In this document: piece after piece, positions 37,314-49,340 of the stretch
How positions within the stretch are numbered: the first letter of the stretch is position 1
How the letters are laid out: every line of letters begins with the position of its first letter
Source: Takakia lepidozioides
Lineage: Eukaryota; Plantae; Bryophyta
Length of the DNA: 64,000 bases
NCBI GenBank assembly: GCA_030704615.1
Contig: CM060731.1
Span: 18,042,001-18,106,000, forward strand
Reading direction: 5' to 3'
The notes under the pieces: generated by a model
What the model saw: the letters and a program-made list of their open reading frames with translations, nothing else
What the model was told of the DNA's origin: nothing
Databases searched by the model: none
Program-made: the position numbers and the translations under genes

Positions 37314-40300
37314 ATATTATTGGTTCTGTTTCATGGCAAACAGAACGTTCAGTATTTGGCCAACATCTCTTAGCCCTGGGTACTTCCCAATATTTTTTTT
37401 TCCATTCATACCGAGTTACTATGGTTAGTACCCTCGCAAACTCTATACCCTAAAACCTAATTTCAATGTTTGATGCTTATTTATTTATTACTTCCAATTT
37501 TGGGTACGGTCGAAGTGGTGGGGATAATATTTCATGAATTGTTCTACGTATGGGTAAAGACTCAAACTCTATAATTGTTTGTCCATTTACAGTTTTCTAA
37601 AACCCTAAACCCTAAACCAAACTCCACCGTTTGATTCACATTCCTCATAGAATTTTGGATACAATCTGTGGTTGGGATATTTCATTAACAAATTTTCATA
37701 GGTGCCAAGTCATCTGTACACTTTCCCATATTTTCTTTTCCATTCATACCAAGTACTATGTTTCAATGTACCCTAGCAAACTCTATAACCTAAAACCTAA
37801 TTCCAGCTTGGTTCAATGACTTTATAGCTGAATCTACATGACACTCTTCCACAATATTTGGTTGTCATATGAACATCGGAATGATCCCTAAATATTTTGA
37901 AACATAATTCACATGTTTCATTGAAATCCAACCTTATTCCATTCAACGTTTTAATCCATCAATTGAAAACTTGCAATATATTGGTTCATGGTACTACTAT
38001 AAGCATGATATGGATGTTTACTTTTCATTTGTATATTATCTTCTTGAATCATCTGTTTATATCATACATCTATCAATTTATTAATAACTTCATTCAATCG
38101 ATCTTATCTTTATAATTTTCTGATGCAAAGTACGTCATTCGACTTACCATTCGATGTTACATGAATGGGATTGTGCAACTTCACAAGTTAAATGACTGAA
38201 TATTCCACGATATTATTATTAATACCTGAATTAATTTTAATTATGTTATATATTAAGTTTGGTCCGGATTTAAGCCAAAAGTCCGGAATTACTTAAAATA
38301 GGGTTATGGAATAAACCACACCATGTATTTTGCCAGCGAAATATAGGTATCAAGAATCTAGATATTCCAAGATTGTATTAAAGGAAACTGGATGACATCC
38401 TCGTTGACGAGGTGTCACTTGACGTCAAGTTGATTTGTTTCGCTAACGAAATTTTACGCGATTGCTATGGTAGGTCGTAAGGCGGGGAGCGGCGGGGGGT
38501 AATGAAAGCGCAATAGGGGAGCAAGGAGACGGGGTATCGCAACAGGGGAGCGGTAACATAGGCTCACGAGGGGAGCATGGATACGGGGAAGCGCAACATG
38601 GGAGCGAATGAGGGGAACGGAGAACGCTGGGGAAGGTGGCAAGCAGGGACATAGACTCACGAGTGTGGGGAACGAAGAGCGGCGGGGGTGGGTGGGGGGG
38701 AGTGAAACAAAGGAGCTCAGACATGGGGGAGCGGAAACAGGGGAGCAAACAGGGAACGAGGGGAGCTAAATGGGGGAGCAATGAGAGAGGGGAGCGGAAG
38801 TTGGGGGGGGGGGGGGGGGTGTGGCGAATAAACATAATCTTATTATCTGGGGAAATGGGGCGGTCAGGGCAGGTCGGGGCATGGCGGGTCCTGGGGACGG
38901 GGCCAAGCGCAGGCGGCAGGTAGGTTGGGGATTTGACATGAACGCTGCAGGCAGCGCGTCAGAGGTGGTAAGCCTACGGCCAACGGGACCCGCACTCTCA
39001 TAGGCGCGCATTCAACTCCCCTTCTTATGTCTACATAGTGTAATTTTTTTTTGTGCTCATGCTTCCATTTTCTGCGCTCACGTGAGTTGTACTCACACGT
39101 GTGCTTATGTTCTACCAACCCTTAGCCAACCCAGCTATAAAAGTTATCCCCGGTCAACCGATCATTTAATCTGTGGATATCAGAGGGCTTCGAGTCTTCA
39201 CAACCAGGTTTGGACAACCACGTTACACCTTGATTACAATCTTTAGAAGGTGTCAACTTTCAAATGTTTTTGTGCATTTGTGGATGGTCCATGCATTGTT
39301 TCTAGTTCATAATTTTGTGTGTGTGTTGTGAAAGCAAGCTACGGTGTCTCAAAAAAGTCCACAAGGTGGCCTCTATCACAAGAATTCCCAAGGTTTTTCA
39401 TAGTTTTGATTGAAATAATTATGGAAAAGATATAGCCACTAGATTCATCCATGCTGAAAGATATGAAAAGATCTAAACCGTCTAAAGTTGTCAGTAACAG
39501 ACACTATGGCATTATTCCTATCAATATATGAAGGAAGGTAGTTTGTTTGTTTAGTTTATTTTGTAGTTTTATTTGTTTTGTTTGTTTTGTCACGTTGAGA
39601 TGTCCCGAACCGCGGGGCCCCAGCCCTGGTGCTTGGTACCGTTGGAAAGCCCTCAACAAGGAGGGGTGCACCGCTCTGGTCTCATGATTTTTGGACCTGA
39701 GGTGTGGGAGATACGGAATTTCAAGTACTTTTGTTCGCTGGAAATTCACAAAAAATAGCAAACTGGGCTTTCTTGGACTTTCCTGGAGTAATGATTGGCC
39801 CTTCAAGTGGGATATATGGAATTTCAAGTACTTTTGGTCACTGGAAATTCGCAAAAATTAGCATAGTGGATATCTCAATATATGAAGCCTCGATAGGGAG
39901 ATTGCAAAAATAGCAAAGTGGGCTTTGGGATTGCACTTGGACTTAGATGACATTGGACACTGGATGTCGCACTTGGGCCTCCACATAGGAGAAGCACTTG
40001 GATACATAGGAGATTGCACTTGGGCTTAGATTTCAATTCTTGACATATGGGTCAATGACATATGCTACCCTAGATCTCCCAAACTACAGGGTCTCTGGAT
40101 ACATATGAGATTGCATTTGGACTTAGATGACACTGGACGCTTGGGCCAACGGCACAGGCTCCCCTAGTTTTTCCTAGTAATATATCGCATAGTGACCCTC
40201 AAGCCTCAAGCTATTGTTCATCTACATGAAATGTACATTTTAAGCAAGTCCATTGTGTTACATTGTTTCTATGCATTTATGTATTTGATAAAAAATCGGT

Positions 40301-40759
40301 TTTTCGAGGCTCACATTCATATATAACAATAAAAAAAAAATCATTTTTTGATGTTTCATATAGGACTTCAGTATCTTTAAGAATAGAACAATACTCGTAT
40401 GAGTCCCAACTATCATATTTGTTTTCTATAGCGAGTGCAAAAAGTCCATAACACCTTTTCATATGGACTGTGACAATGTTGTATGCAATTTTCTAAAGTC
40501 CAATACTTCGACAAATCAACTTCATTCGTGGTGAGAATTTAAAAATTAGAGCTTGTAGTAGTTGGAAGCATAAGAGTCAGTCTCATGTCATCATTGTAAT
40601 AAAAATTTGTCTCTAAGCTGATACAATTGAATCAATCTATGTCATGTAAAAAACATGTTGTGGCAGGAAAATGTAGTCATTGTAGCTTGCTTTCACCTTG
40701 TGAAAATGTTGGGCGATTATTTAATTTTTTATGGGTTCCGCTGGCAGCTACGCCTCGTG

Positions 40760-41756
40760 TAGGCATGTCCTTGCCAAATCCAATGGTAACAACTCGCTCC
40801 TCCACCATGTTGAGCTCAATCCGCTCAGCCAGCAGAAACACATCTGCTAATGTGGGTTGGGCTGCTTGTAACAGGGTTGCATCTCGCACCCTTCTCTTGA
40901 GCTCCTTATCCAGAATTCCATACCAAAACTGGATTGCCTGAGCTTCAGTAACCCCTTGGGTCACACTTATCAAGCGTCTCATACGAGTGTACGCCTCTCG
41001 CAGGCTCTCATTGGGTTTGCGCTGGAAGTCTTGCAAACTTCGCAGCTTCTCTGTCCGTACACCTTGGTAGTTCCTCCGCAACTCCTGGAAAAACTCCACC
41101 ACCGGGTTGAATCTAGGCACATGTGTTGTAGTCGTGGCAGGAGGAGTAGTAGCACCTTTTGAACTGGTACCACCTGCAGAAGTACCAGCACTACTTGCTC
41201 CACTACTAGTGCTGGCAGTGGGAGCTATTGGTACTGATGCAGCTACTGGTCGCGTCGTGCCTCGAGTAATGGAGACGTAGTCAGGTGACCAATACATCCT
41301 CCACTCCTCAATCTCTACTTGATGTCCCCGCCTGAACTCGTGGTAATCGTCCATAGGCGGGCCTTCCAAATGCTGGAACAGTCCCTTCTACGCCATGAAT
41401 GGGGTGAATAGCTGTGGATTGCGCATCTGCTGCAAATCACACCAGCTGTCGAACTCCTGGATAAAGTCATCCAACTCGATTGTGCCCACAGCTCCAGAGT
41501 ACCTACGAGGCCCCTTGGTAGCTCCATACATCTCCTCCATGTCGTCCCACAACAATGGCGAATGAAACTGCACACCTGTTGATGAAGCCTCCGAGTCTGT
41601 GTCTGACTCTACAGTAGTTGAGGATGGCGGTGAAGGTGGTCTGAACCGAATACCTCGTCTTGTGAACCCACTCTCACTGGTACTGCTTGTAGCCTTACTC
41701 CCCTCAAAACCCTTGGGTAACTCCGTAATGACACTCACAATGTGCACCTCCTCCAC
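40760..41756 (-). pseudogene. Retrotransposon gag (capsid-like), one in-frame stop
   Basis: PRRYSG...DDFIQEFDSW, LQDFQRKPNESLREAYTRMRRL...FWYGILDKEL (major-homology-region-like); TAG at 41388-41390. Confidence 0.8.
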
Positions 41757-42275
41757 GTGACACTATAAGGCTCTAGTACTAATCTAATAGTGACACGGGT
41801 GGGCACCTGTTGCAGTCTAAGGGTCATATCCCAATGGCTCAGGGCACCTGCACCTGCATCCACCGCAAGAACTCCTATGGTTGGCTGGTCATCAACCCAG
41901 CCTCACCATAGAAGAAACACTGGTGGTCTTGCTGGTCATCACTCCAGCCTCACCACCGACAGCATACTCTAGGATTGACCGGTGATCAAATCCGGCCTAA
42001 TCCCTATGAAAGCAAGCGCCCACACAAAACCAACATGGCGCACAGTCAAGCATGCAGGTGTTGGGGGGGATCCAAACACAAGAAATCAGAATATCAACAC
42101 CCCCACACCAAAATCCAGCTGCAATGCTGATCCTGCAGAATATCCCAGCCCAAAACCCCGGACTGACTGGCCTCCACCAAGAGAGGCTTTGGCAACTACG
42201 AGTACAAGGTAATGAAAATAGTACAGAGATGGAGGGGAAGAATAGAAGCCCGCCCAAGCAAGATCTAATCCTGAT

Positions 42276-43025
42276 CTATGCTATCAACTTCCAGACTTCT
42301 CTCAAAGTGCCTCGCTCTGCATGATGGTAAGGTGTAGGAGGTATATCTATGTCCAGAAACCTGCCACTAACCTTGTCCCAAGCTACAGTAGCTCGCTCTA
42401 ACCAACCCTCCTCCTCTTTCTGCCAGGTAGAGACAAAACAATACTCCCCTATCTCCCGCTCACTGAACACTAAGGAAAACAAAGGTAGGGTCTGATAGTC
42501 TCTCAACTCGAAAGCTTTGAGACGGTTGCGGGTGTCCTCATTGCAAATGACTGCATCTCCTTCACGCACAACAAACGTGTCATTGCTAATGAACCCTCGC
42601 TTGTGGTTGCCCTGTGCAGAGCGTATCCGGCTGCAACCATGTCTGATTGCACAAACTTGTGTAGCTCCTGCTCCTCTGCTCCAGTACACCACAGCCTTGT
42701 GGCTGAACACCTTGGTCCCCGGGGTTGTCTTTGGCTGTGTTCCAAGCCTAGCTTTCACCCACTTTGGTATTTCACCTACAGCTGCAGAACTGCTGGCTCC
42801 AACAGAGTTCTGACTGTCCAAGGCGATATTGAGGCCCTCAATGCCAACTACAGCAGTCTGTTGTCTACTGCTAATGCCTGACTCCCAGTATGCAATCAAC
42901 TCGTCCAATTGTTCTCCACTCAAATCAGTCTGAGTTCCTTGGGAAACATAAATCCTGTCCCCTTGTGTGCACAGGCTAAGAGAAGAGACATGCCCTTCAA
43001 TTACGTCCTCATTTCCCCCAGCCAT
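42276..43025 (-). CDS. Orphan 249-aa ORF upstream of gag in element 2
   Basis: ATG-initiated open ORF in element sense; no recognisable motif. Confidence 0.45.
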   Translation of the reverse strand: MAGGNEDVIEGHVSSLSLCTQGDRIYVSQGTQTDLSGEQLDELIAYWESGISSRQQTAVVGIEGLNIALDSQNSVGASSSAAVGEIPKWVKARLGTQPKTTPGTKVFSHKAVVYWSRGAGATQVCAIRHGCSRIRSAQGNHKRGFISNDTFVVREGDAVICNEDTRNRLKAFELRDYQTLPLFSLVFSEREIGEYCFVSTWQKEEEGWLERATVAWDKVSGRFLDIDIPPTPYHHAERGTLREVWKLIA

Positions 43026-43771
43026 ACAAGGAGTACATCCACAGATTTGTCTCTCATATAGACCAGCACAGGTTCTAGAAACAGAATTGTGGATCTTTCA
43101 TGGCACACTCACACTCTAAAAATTCCATAGATTTTTAGCAGAGTCCTAAAAACAAAAACCAGGTCTAGATTGGTAGATTTCCCCTTTCTGCAGCTATCCC
43201 CACAAAAACTGAGTCAAACAGAGTTCATTTGACAAAGTTATGACCAATTAGGCTCTAAATCATTTAAATTAGATAAAAAACAAAAGTTTTTTTTTTATTT
43301 TTTTTTATTTTTTTAACACCAAAACGTTCTCGCCATTAAAAATTGTTCCCAGGTTACCTACGGGTTCCCGAGGCCGTTCCCCTCCAGGTCTATGCAAAAT
43401 CAAGCTGGTGTCGAACAACGCTCAAGTACTGGGGCTGTTAGGTCCTTCTGATCCTCACTGCGATCATGTGTCTTCAGTGCTACTTGCTTCTTCTTGCGTG
43501 CTCGCTGCCATGGACGCCCTGCATCATCTCCTCACTATGCCGCACAACGCCATTCCAATGGCTGGGGATGCTTATACATGCGGTATGAGGTCTTTCCCAC
43601 ATGTATTGATGTCTGTTGGGATTTAATATTCTGAAAGAGGTACTCAGGATTGAAGACCCAAAGTGCTTCTATCTCGCCTCACCAACAGCCGACTCTACTG
43701 CCTCCTTGCCTCTTTGCCGCTTGCCTGTGAAGCTGCACAGCGCGAGGATCGCTGCTGCGCGGGGATCCACC

Positions 43772-44062
43772 ATATCGCTCATCGCCAACGAAGATTTCCA
43801 GCACATTTTGCGAGTGCTCAACACAAATGTAGATGGACGGCAGAAGATCATGTTCGCTTTGACCTCCATCAAGGGAGTGGGGCGCCGTTTCGCTAACCTG
43901 GTCTGCAAGAAGGCGGACGTCGACACCAGCAAGAGAGCTGGTGAGCTGTCGGGTGCGGAGCTGGAGAACTTGATGGTGATTGTCGCGAATCCCCGGCAGT
44001 TCAAGATACCTGACTGGTTCTTGAACAGGAAGAAGGATCACAAGGACGGACGTTATTCGCAG
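43772..44062 (+). pseudogene. RPS18: Processed 40S ribosomal protein S18 (uS13) fragment inside element 2
   Basis: ATA in place of ATG, then [34 protein letters not shown]...[19 protein letters not shown]; no introns; C-terminal third missing. Confidence 0.9.
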
Positions 44063-45028
44063 GTCAAACTTTCTTCCAGACTGATCCAGGTCCTGTCAGT
44101 CCAAGTAAGTAACCTCTTCTAGAGGAGAACTAAAAGAGATTACGGGGAGGTAGGTTATATATGCACACAACTGGAGCTGGAACACCTGCCCTCCTGATCC
44201 ACCCCCACCATAACCTCGATAGGCAGAAGTAGCAGGGTACGGGTTTCCAATTAAGCCGTAATTCAGCTTCGAAGATGTTCAACTAGTGAAACACACAGCA
44301 GCTAAGAAAGATGCAACTGATGAAAGCCCTGCCATTCCTCACACCTCCACGCTCCCGGCATGCCCACCAAATGAAGACCTAGAAACAATATCGATCACCC
44401 GGCAACGTAACCCTGCAGCTTAAGCGACTGTCGACCATATAACGGCTAGCCAGTCAACGCAACGAGCTCCGCCCTGCTCTGATCTGCCAAAGAATCTTCA
44501 CCTATTCATCCTTTGCACTCCCAGGGTAAGACGAGACGAGCTAGTCCGTGGCCTGGGCTCCCTCCGCTTCAGGATTGTTGATCAAATGCAGCACCTTGGT
44601 TGTTGACCGGTCATATTCCCCGTGTCCTAGCTTGGACTCCAAGACTGCAAGAGTGCAGGTATCAGCGTTCACAGCTTGCCAGCGCTGCTCCATGCTGCAC
44701 GGTAGAGCTTCTCTATAAGCTTACTGGGGAGACAATCATCCAGCTTCAAGGATCACGCATAGGTGCCAACTAGCATTTGCTGCTGCATTTTTAAGTCTCT
44801 CCTCGTGTACTCCAAAGCCTCTGGTGACTTGGTAGCTTTAGCGACTGCAATAACAGTGGCGGCTCCGGCATCGTCATCCTCCAGGCGTTTCAGGGCACGC
44901 TGAATCTTGTGATCACATTCAATGATATGCTTCTCAAACTAAGCACTACTCACACACAGGTAATCTTGCAAGTGCTAACCCTCAACTCCTACCTTGTACT
45001 CACAGGTAAGAGATGATCTCTCTCGAGT

Positions 45029-45376
45029 GATAAACAACCCACGAACACATTGTTGACACAAAACATGAAAACCAAACCATCACTCTTAGAAATAGTAGTC
45101 GAGCCAGGGGCACCCCAAGCTATGGGGACTCCACCCCACAACAACCTACACTCCCATCATGAGTACACTCAGATCTAAACGCATGCAGGAGCTCGGTCGC
45201 GCAGGCTCAACTCGAGAGAGATGAGCTGCGCGATTGCCGCTCTCGTGAAGATAAGACGGACCAGGTGTCAAACTAAACTTGACACCTGAGTTAACACTTG
45301 ACCTAAATCCAAGTGTTAAATACAAATAACTAGTTTTATTCTAGCTGTTTTCACACTGTGCTTATTTAACTTGACA
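45029..45376 (-). repeat. Repeat A1 of element 2 (348 bp)
   Basis: Near-identical inverted copy of 53968-54315. Confidence 0.95.
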
Positions 45377-45542
45377 CATTGTATGGTCTTCCAAAGTCCA
45401 TAACGTTGTCATTTCTTATTGGATTCATGATTGGAGAGTTGCTATGGGTGCGTATTGAAGCTATGAATCCAATGACATATATAGTTACTGGTTTTAATGA
45501 GTTAATTCAAAAAAAATTGATGACACCATCAACTGCAGTCAT

Positions 45543-48500
45543 CTAAAGTTGTGTCGGTAACATCCATTTTGGTCCAGCCATTCCTGCATTCACCCAGAAC
45601 ATGTGGTGAGATGGCCAGGATGCAAAGATTTGGTCAGGTGGGGCCATCGGGTTCATATCTTTTTCAGGAGAAGACCATTGGCAATTCTGACAGGGGTAAA
45701 CTGTCCCCCAGAGATTGCGACTGGGATCATTGAATCCAGACGAGAACATTCGAGAGCAGGGGTTTAATGCTCAATGGCATCCCCATGAAATGGTCAGCCT
45801 GAGTAGAAGTGATGTAGATGACTCTATTGGGTAAGGATGTACACGAGGTGACCCAGTCTCCAGGGAGACAGCATCGAGGTCCAGAGGTGAGAGTGTGGAG
45901 GAATATTTTGGAGAATGATCTGATAGCCAAAGATGCCACGTTGGGGCCCTACTATGTGGTTGATGTGGTCTTGAGACACAAAGGCATGCATGTTCCAAAT
46001 ATCCTTTACTTGGGAAATTGACAGCCTGTCCCAGGCTGAAAAACTTGATGCTGATGAATCTCTTTGGGAAGGGGACGGAGCATTGGTATTCAAAGTCAGG
46101 AATTGACGCATGGTTTCCTCATAGTTAGTAGGTTCCAATTTTCTGAGGTGAGGTCTGATTGTTCCCCAAACTTCCCAAATTGTTTTCCAGAGAGAGGAAC
46201 CCATGGATTTCTGTTTGTAACCATGCACAATCTATCTGAGGGAGGGCCCCCAGACTTTGGATTTGAGGGGGGAGCTGCAGGAGACATTGTGTTGAAAGAT
46301 CATGAGTTTTCACCAACCCCCTTCAGTCCCAGGAGCCTCACCACCCATTTGCTAAGTAGGGCACTAATCTGTGTACCAGGGTCAATTACACCCAGCCCAC
46401 CTTTGTTTTTTGGGAGGCATATCTGGACCCATGAAACAACTGGTCTTGGGTTTTTTTTCCCAGGAATCAGCAAACAAAGTTTCGAATGGTTTGCTTAATT
46501 TCATTGATTTGATAGATGGAAGGGCTCCACACTCCAAGAGAATTTGGTTGGCCACAAGGGCCCGACCAATTAGAGATAGATGTCTTGATCCCCAATATAC
46601 GATTTTCTTTTATAGCCTCGCTCGTCATCTGTGAGGTTGATTCCGAACGGGTGGCCAAGCGGGGTAGTCAATTCACCTTCTTTTAATCATTTGAGGCCAA
46701 GATCCTAGCCCCAAGTAGGGGACTGAGATTGCCATGTCCCCCACAAGAACGGCAACTATCTTGGCCCAATTTACACAGAACCCTGACGCTTCACAGAAAA
46801 TTGAGAGCATGTTTATAGCTTCCATGAGGTTGGCATGGGAGGCCTGGAGGTAATTTAGCACTGTGTCATCCACGAACATTGAATCCTTAATTTCCAAGCC
46901 AGGGAGAGACTTGGAATTTGTTTTGAGTCCGGTACTTATGTTGGGGTTGTTATCCAATAGGTATCCATGTGAGTCAGCCACAATTAGAATGAGAAAAGGG
47001 GCCGGGGGGCAACCCTGGCGCACAGATCTTTCGAGGTTGAATGGTTTGGAGATAAACCCATTCATCGAGACCCTGCTAGTGGCATTGTGAAGTAGGATTT
47101 CCACCCATTAGCAGAAGCTTTCTAAGAGTCCAATTTTTCTGACGATTGCTAACAGCATAGGCCATTCGACCTTGTCGAACGCCTTCTCAATCGTGGAGCT
47201 CCACAATTCAGATGGCCAGCTTTATTCAGACCCAAAGCTTATGGTAACCATAGCTCACTCCCGTTTCCAGACTCTCTTCAAACAGAGGCCCCCTACCAGC
47301 AGTATGACCGCAGCCAGAGAAACATGCCTTCGCAGTCATCCAACAAAGCTGGACCATCTAGGTGCAGCCTCCCTTGATGGAGTCTTCACTCAGACATAAC
47401 TCTTCAAAGCTGTAGAAATCATGACCAATCACAAATCCTTGGGCTTCGACGGTATGCCAGTGGAATTTTATAAATCCCTATGGATGACAATTTCTGCTGA
47501 CTTCTGTGACATGGCCAATGAGTTCAAGAAGGTGGGGGCTATGCCTTAACTGATGGCTCAAGGGGTTATCGCTCTCCTGTACAAAAAAGGAGACAAGAAA
47601 CAGATCTCTAATTACAGGCCAATCACCCTTCTAAATGTCTCGTACAAGACAATTGCAAAAACCCTAGCTCTTAGGCTTCAACCACAACTTCTCCCATCGG
47701 TGGTCAAACCATGCCAGACTGGACTCATCAGAGGCAGCTACATACTAGACAACATCTTGCTGGCACAAGAAACCCCGATCTTTGCGGAAACCACTAGCCA
47801 ATCAATTGCAATGCTCCTTCTGGTTGGCCGGAGGCCCTTCTGACCTGGACCTTTTCGAAGAAGTACTTCGACATCTTTTCCCCTTTTGTTGACCAATTAA
47901 TGCCTGCTTGGAGCTTGAGCTTTTGCTCATTTAGGGATGAAATGGCTTCCAGATTTTGTCGGGCAACCCCACCCAAGCTGTTTCCAGGGCATGTTTGAAT
48001 GAGGGGATGGGAAGCAAGGAGGTGCTGAGCTTGAACAATCCTTTGCCACGTTTTGGGAGGTTCGGGAAGTTAATTTGGCATGAGATGCTGGCATGGTCGA
48101 ATTCCTGATGGATTGGTTCTTGAGGTAGCATTGATGACCATGAGGAAAGCTCTTGGGAGATGTAGAGCCTATCTAACCTGCCATACATATTTCAGAGCCC
48201 GATCTATTGTTAGTCCAGGTGTAGCATGGTTGGGAGCCAGTAATGTTGGTAACTTTCCTGGGCTCTGATAATGAGAAGTTGTATCGGATCCTTTGCCATG
48301 TCATTGCCTCACGTTGTCACCAAGTCCAGGTGCAACTGAACCCAGCCTATCTGCCTGTTGCTCAACCATATTGAAGTCTCCCATGAGTATCCATTGCTTG
48401 ACCGAGGTCTCCAATTCCATCTTAGTGTGAAGACCAGACCAGAAGGCCTCATGCTCACTGGGAGAGTTTGGTGCATATACATTGACTATGGATCCCCAGG

Positions 48501-48830
48501 GCCCCCGTGTCATTGGGCAGGACAATGGATAACAGCTCGGCCCTGCCTTGGAACCAGATTTCATCTTTTTGAGCCAGGGTGGCGATGGAAGGGGACAACA
48601 ATATTGTTGTCCCACCTCTTGTATCTTCAATGGTGGGTTTCCAGAAACTGAGGGCCGCTGGCCAAAGTTGATCACCCAAGGATGCTATTTTGATAGGGTC
48701 TAGTTTGTGTTCTTGCAAGAGAATGATGGCATTTGATGTAACAAGGGAGAAAGCCATGTTTTGAGTTTGGCTTTCTTGAGGGTGGTTTGTGTTGAACCAA
48801 TCCCCCGGATGTTCCACGAATGGATTTTAA
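45543..48830 (-). mobile_element. Degraded L1/Tx1-type LINE ORF2 (APE endonuclease + RT) with an internal ~640-bp inversion
   Basis: LLQEHKL, VNVYAPN, WILMGDFN, RLDRLY; EKAFDKVEW, SVRQGCP, FVDDT. The YRPITLLN segment is on the + strand at ~47188-47825. Confidence 0.88.
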
Positions 48831-49340
48831 CCAACATCAGTGGGAATGGATAGGCTGAGACAGATGGTCTCCTTTGATGGCCTTGAGGTTTGATATCTGA
48901 ACTTTGCTCTTTTGTCTGTTGGAAGTAGCAAGTTTTCCCATGTGAGGTTGGCTAGGGCCTTGTGGCATGTTGTGACCAGCTCAAGGAATAAAATGAGGAT
49001 GGGTTGGACAGTAGAAGTGGTGACTATCTTGGGTCTGAATTGCTTTGAGCAGACTAGCTAATTTGAGGAGTGGAGGGGGGTCTTGGAGAAGACCAAGTGA
49101 GGCCCCGATGCTGCACATTGAGGAGGCTGGCAGATTTAACCCCGTCAGTTGGCGAAGGGCCTGAGGCCCATGGTCGTGGGGGTTCCACCAAAGGACTGGA
49201 AGAGTTTTGACTTTTCTTAATGCCGTCTAGATGAAGGTTTCCTACACAAGACTTTGCATCTGACATTCAAGACAGATCATATGATATTTAGATGTCGTAA
49301 AATTTCAAATATTTGGAACTGATGGTCTTGAAAATATTTT

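Larger units (their letters stand above)
40760..45376 (-). mobile_element. 5' half of permuted-LTR retroelement 2 (A1, leader with captured RPS18 fragment, orphan ORF, gag)
   Basis: A1 (45029-45376) is the reverse complement of A2 (53968-54315). The flank gives AATG, matching 54404-54407. Confidence 0.85.

Noticed and set aside
38443-39011. G-rich region ORFs and possible G-quadruplex
   Set aside because: Low-complexity purine-rich tract with no recognisable product or evidence of function.
43616-44122. Functional RPS18 gene
   Set aside because: Start codon mutated, C-terminal third absent, embedded in a retroelement.
45377-45540. Small TIR element (continuing at 54404-54925) as the insertion target of element 2
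   Set aside because: Plausible from AT-rich ATGGACT-type repeats, but TIRs and TSD are too degenerate to call.
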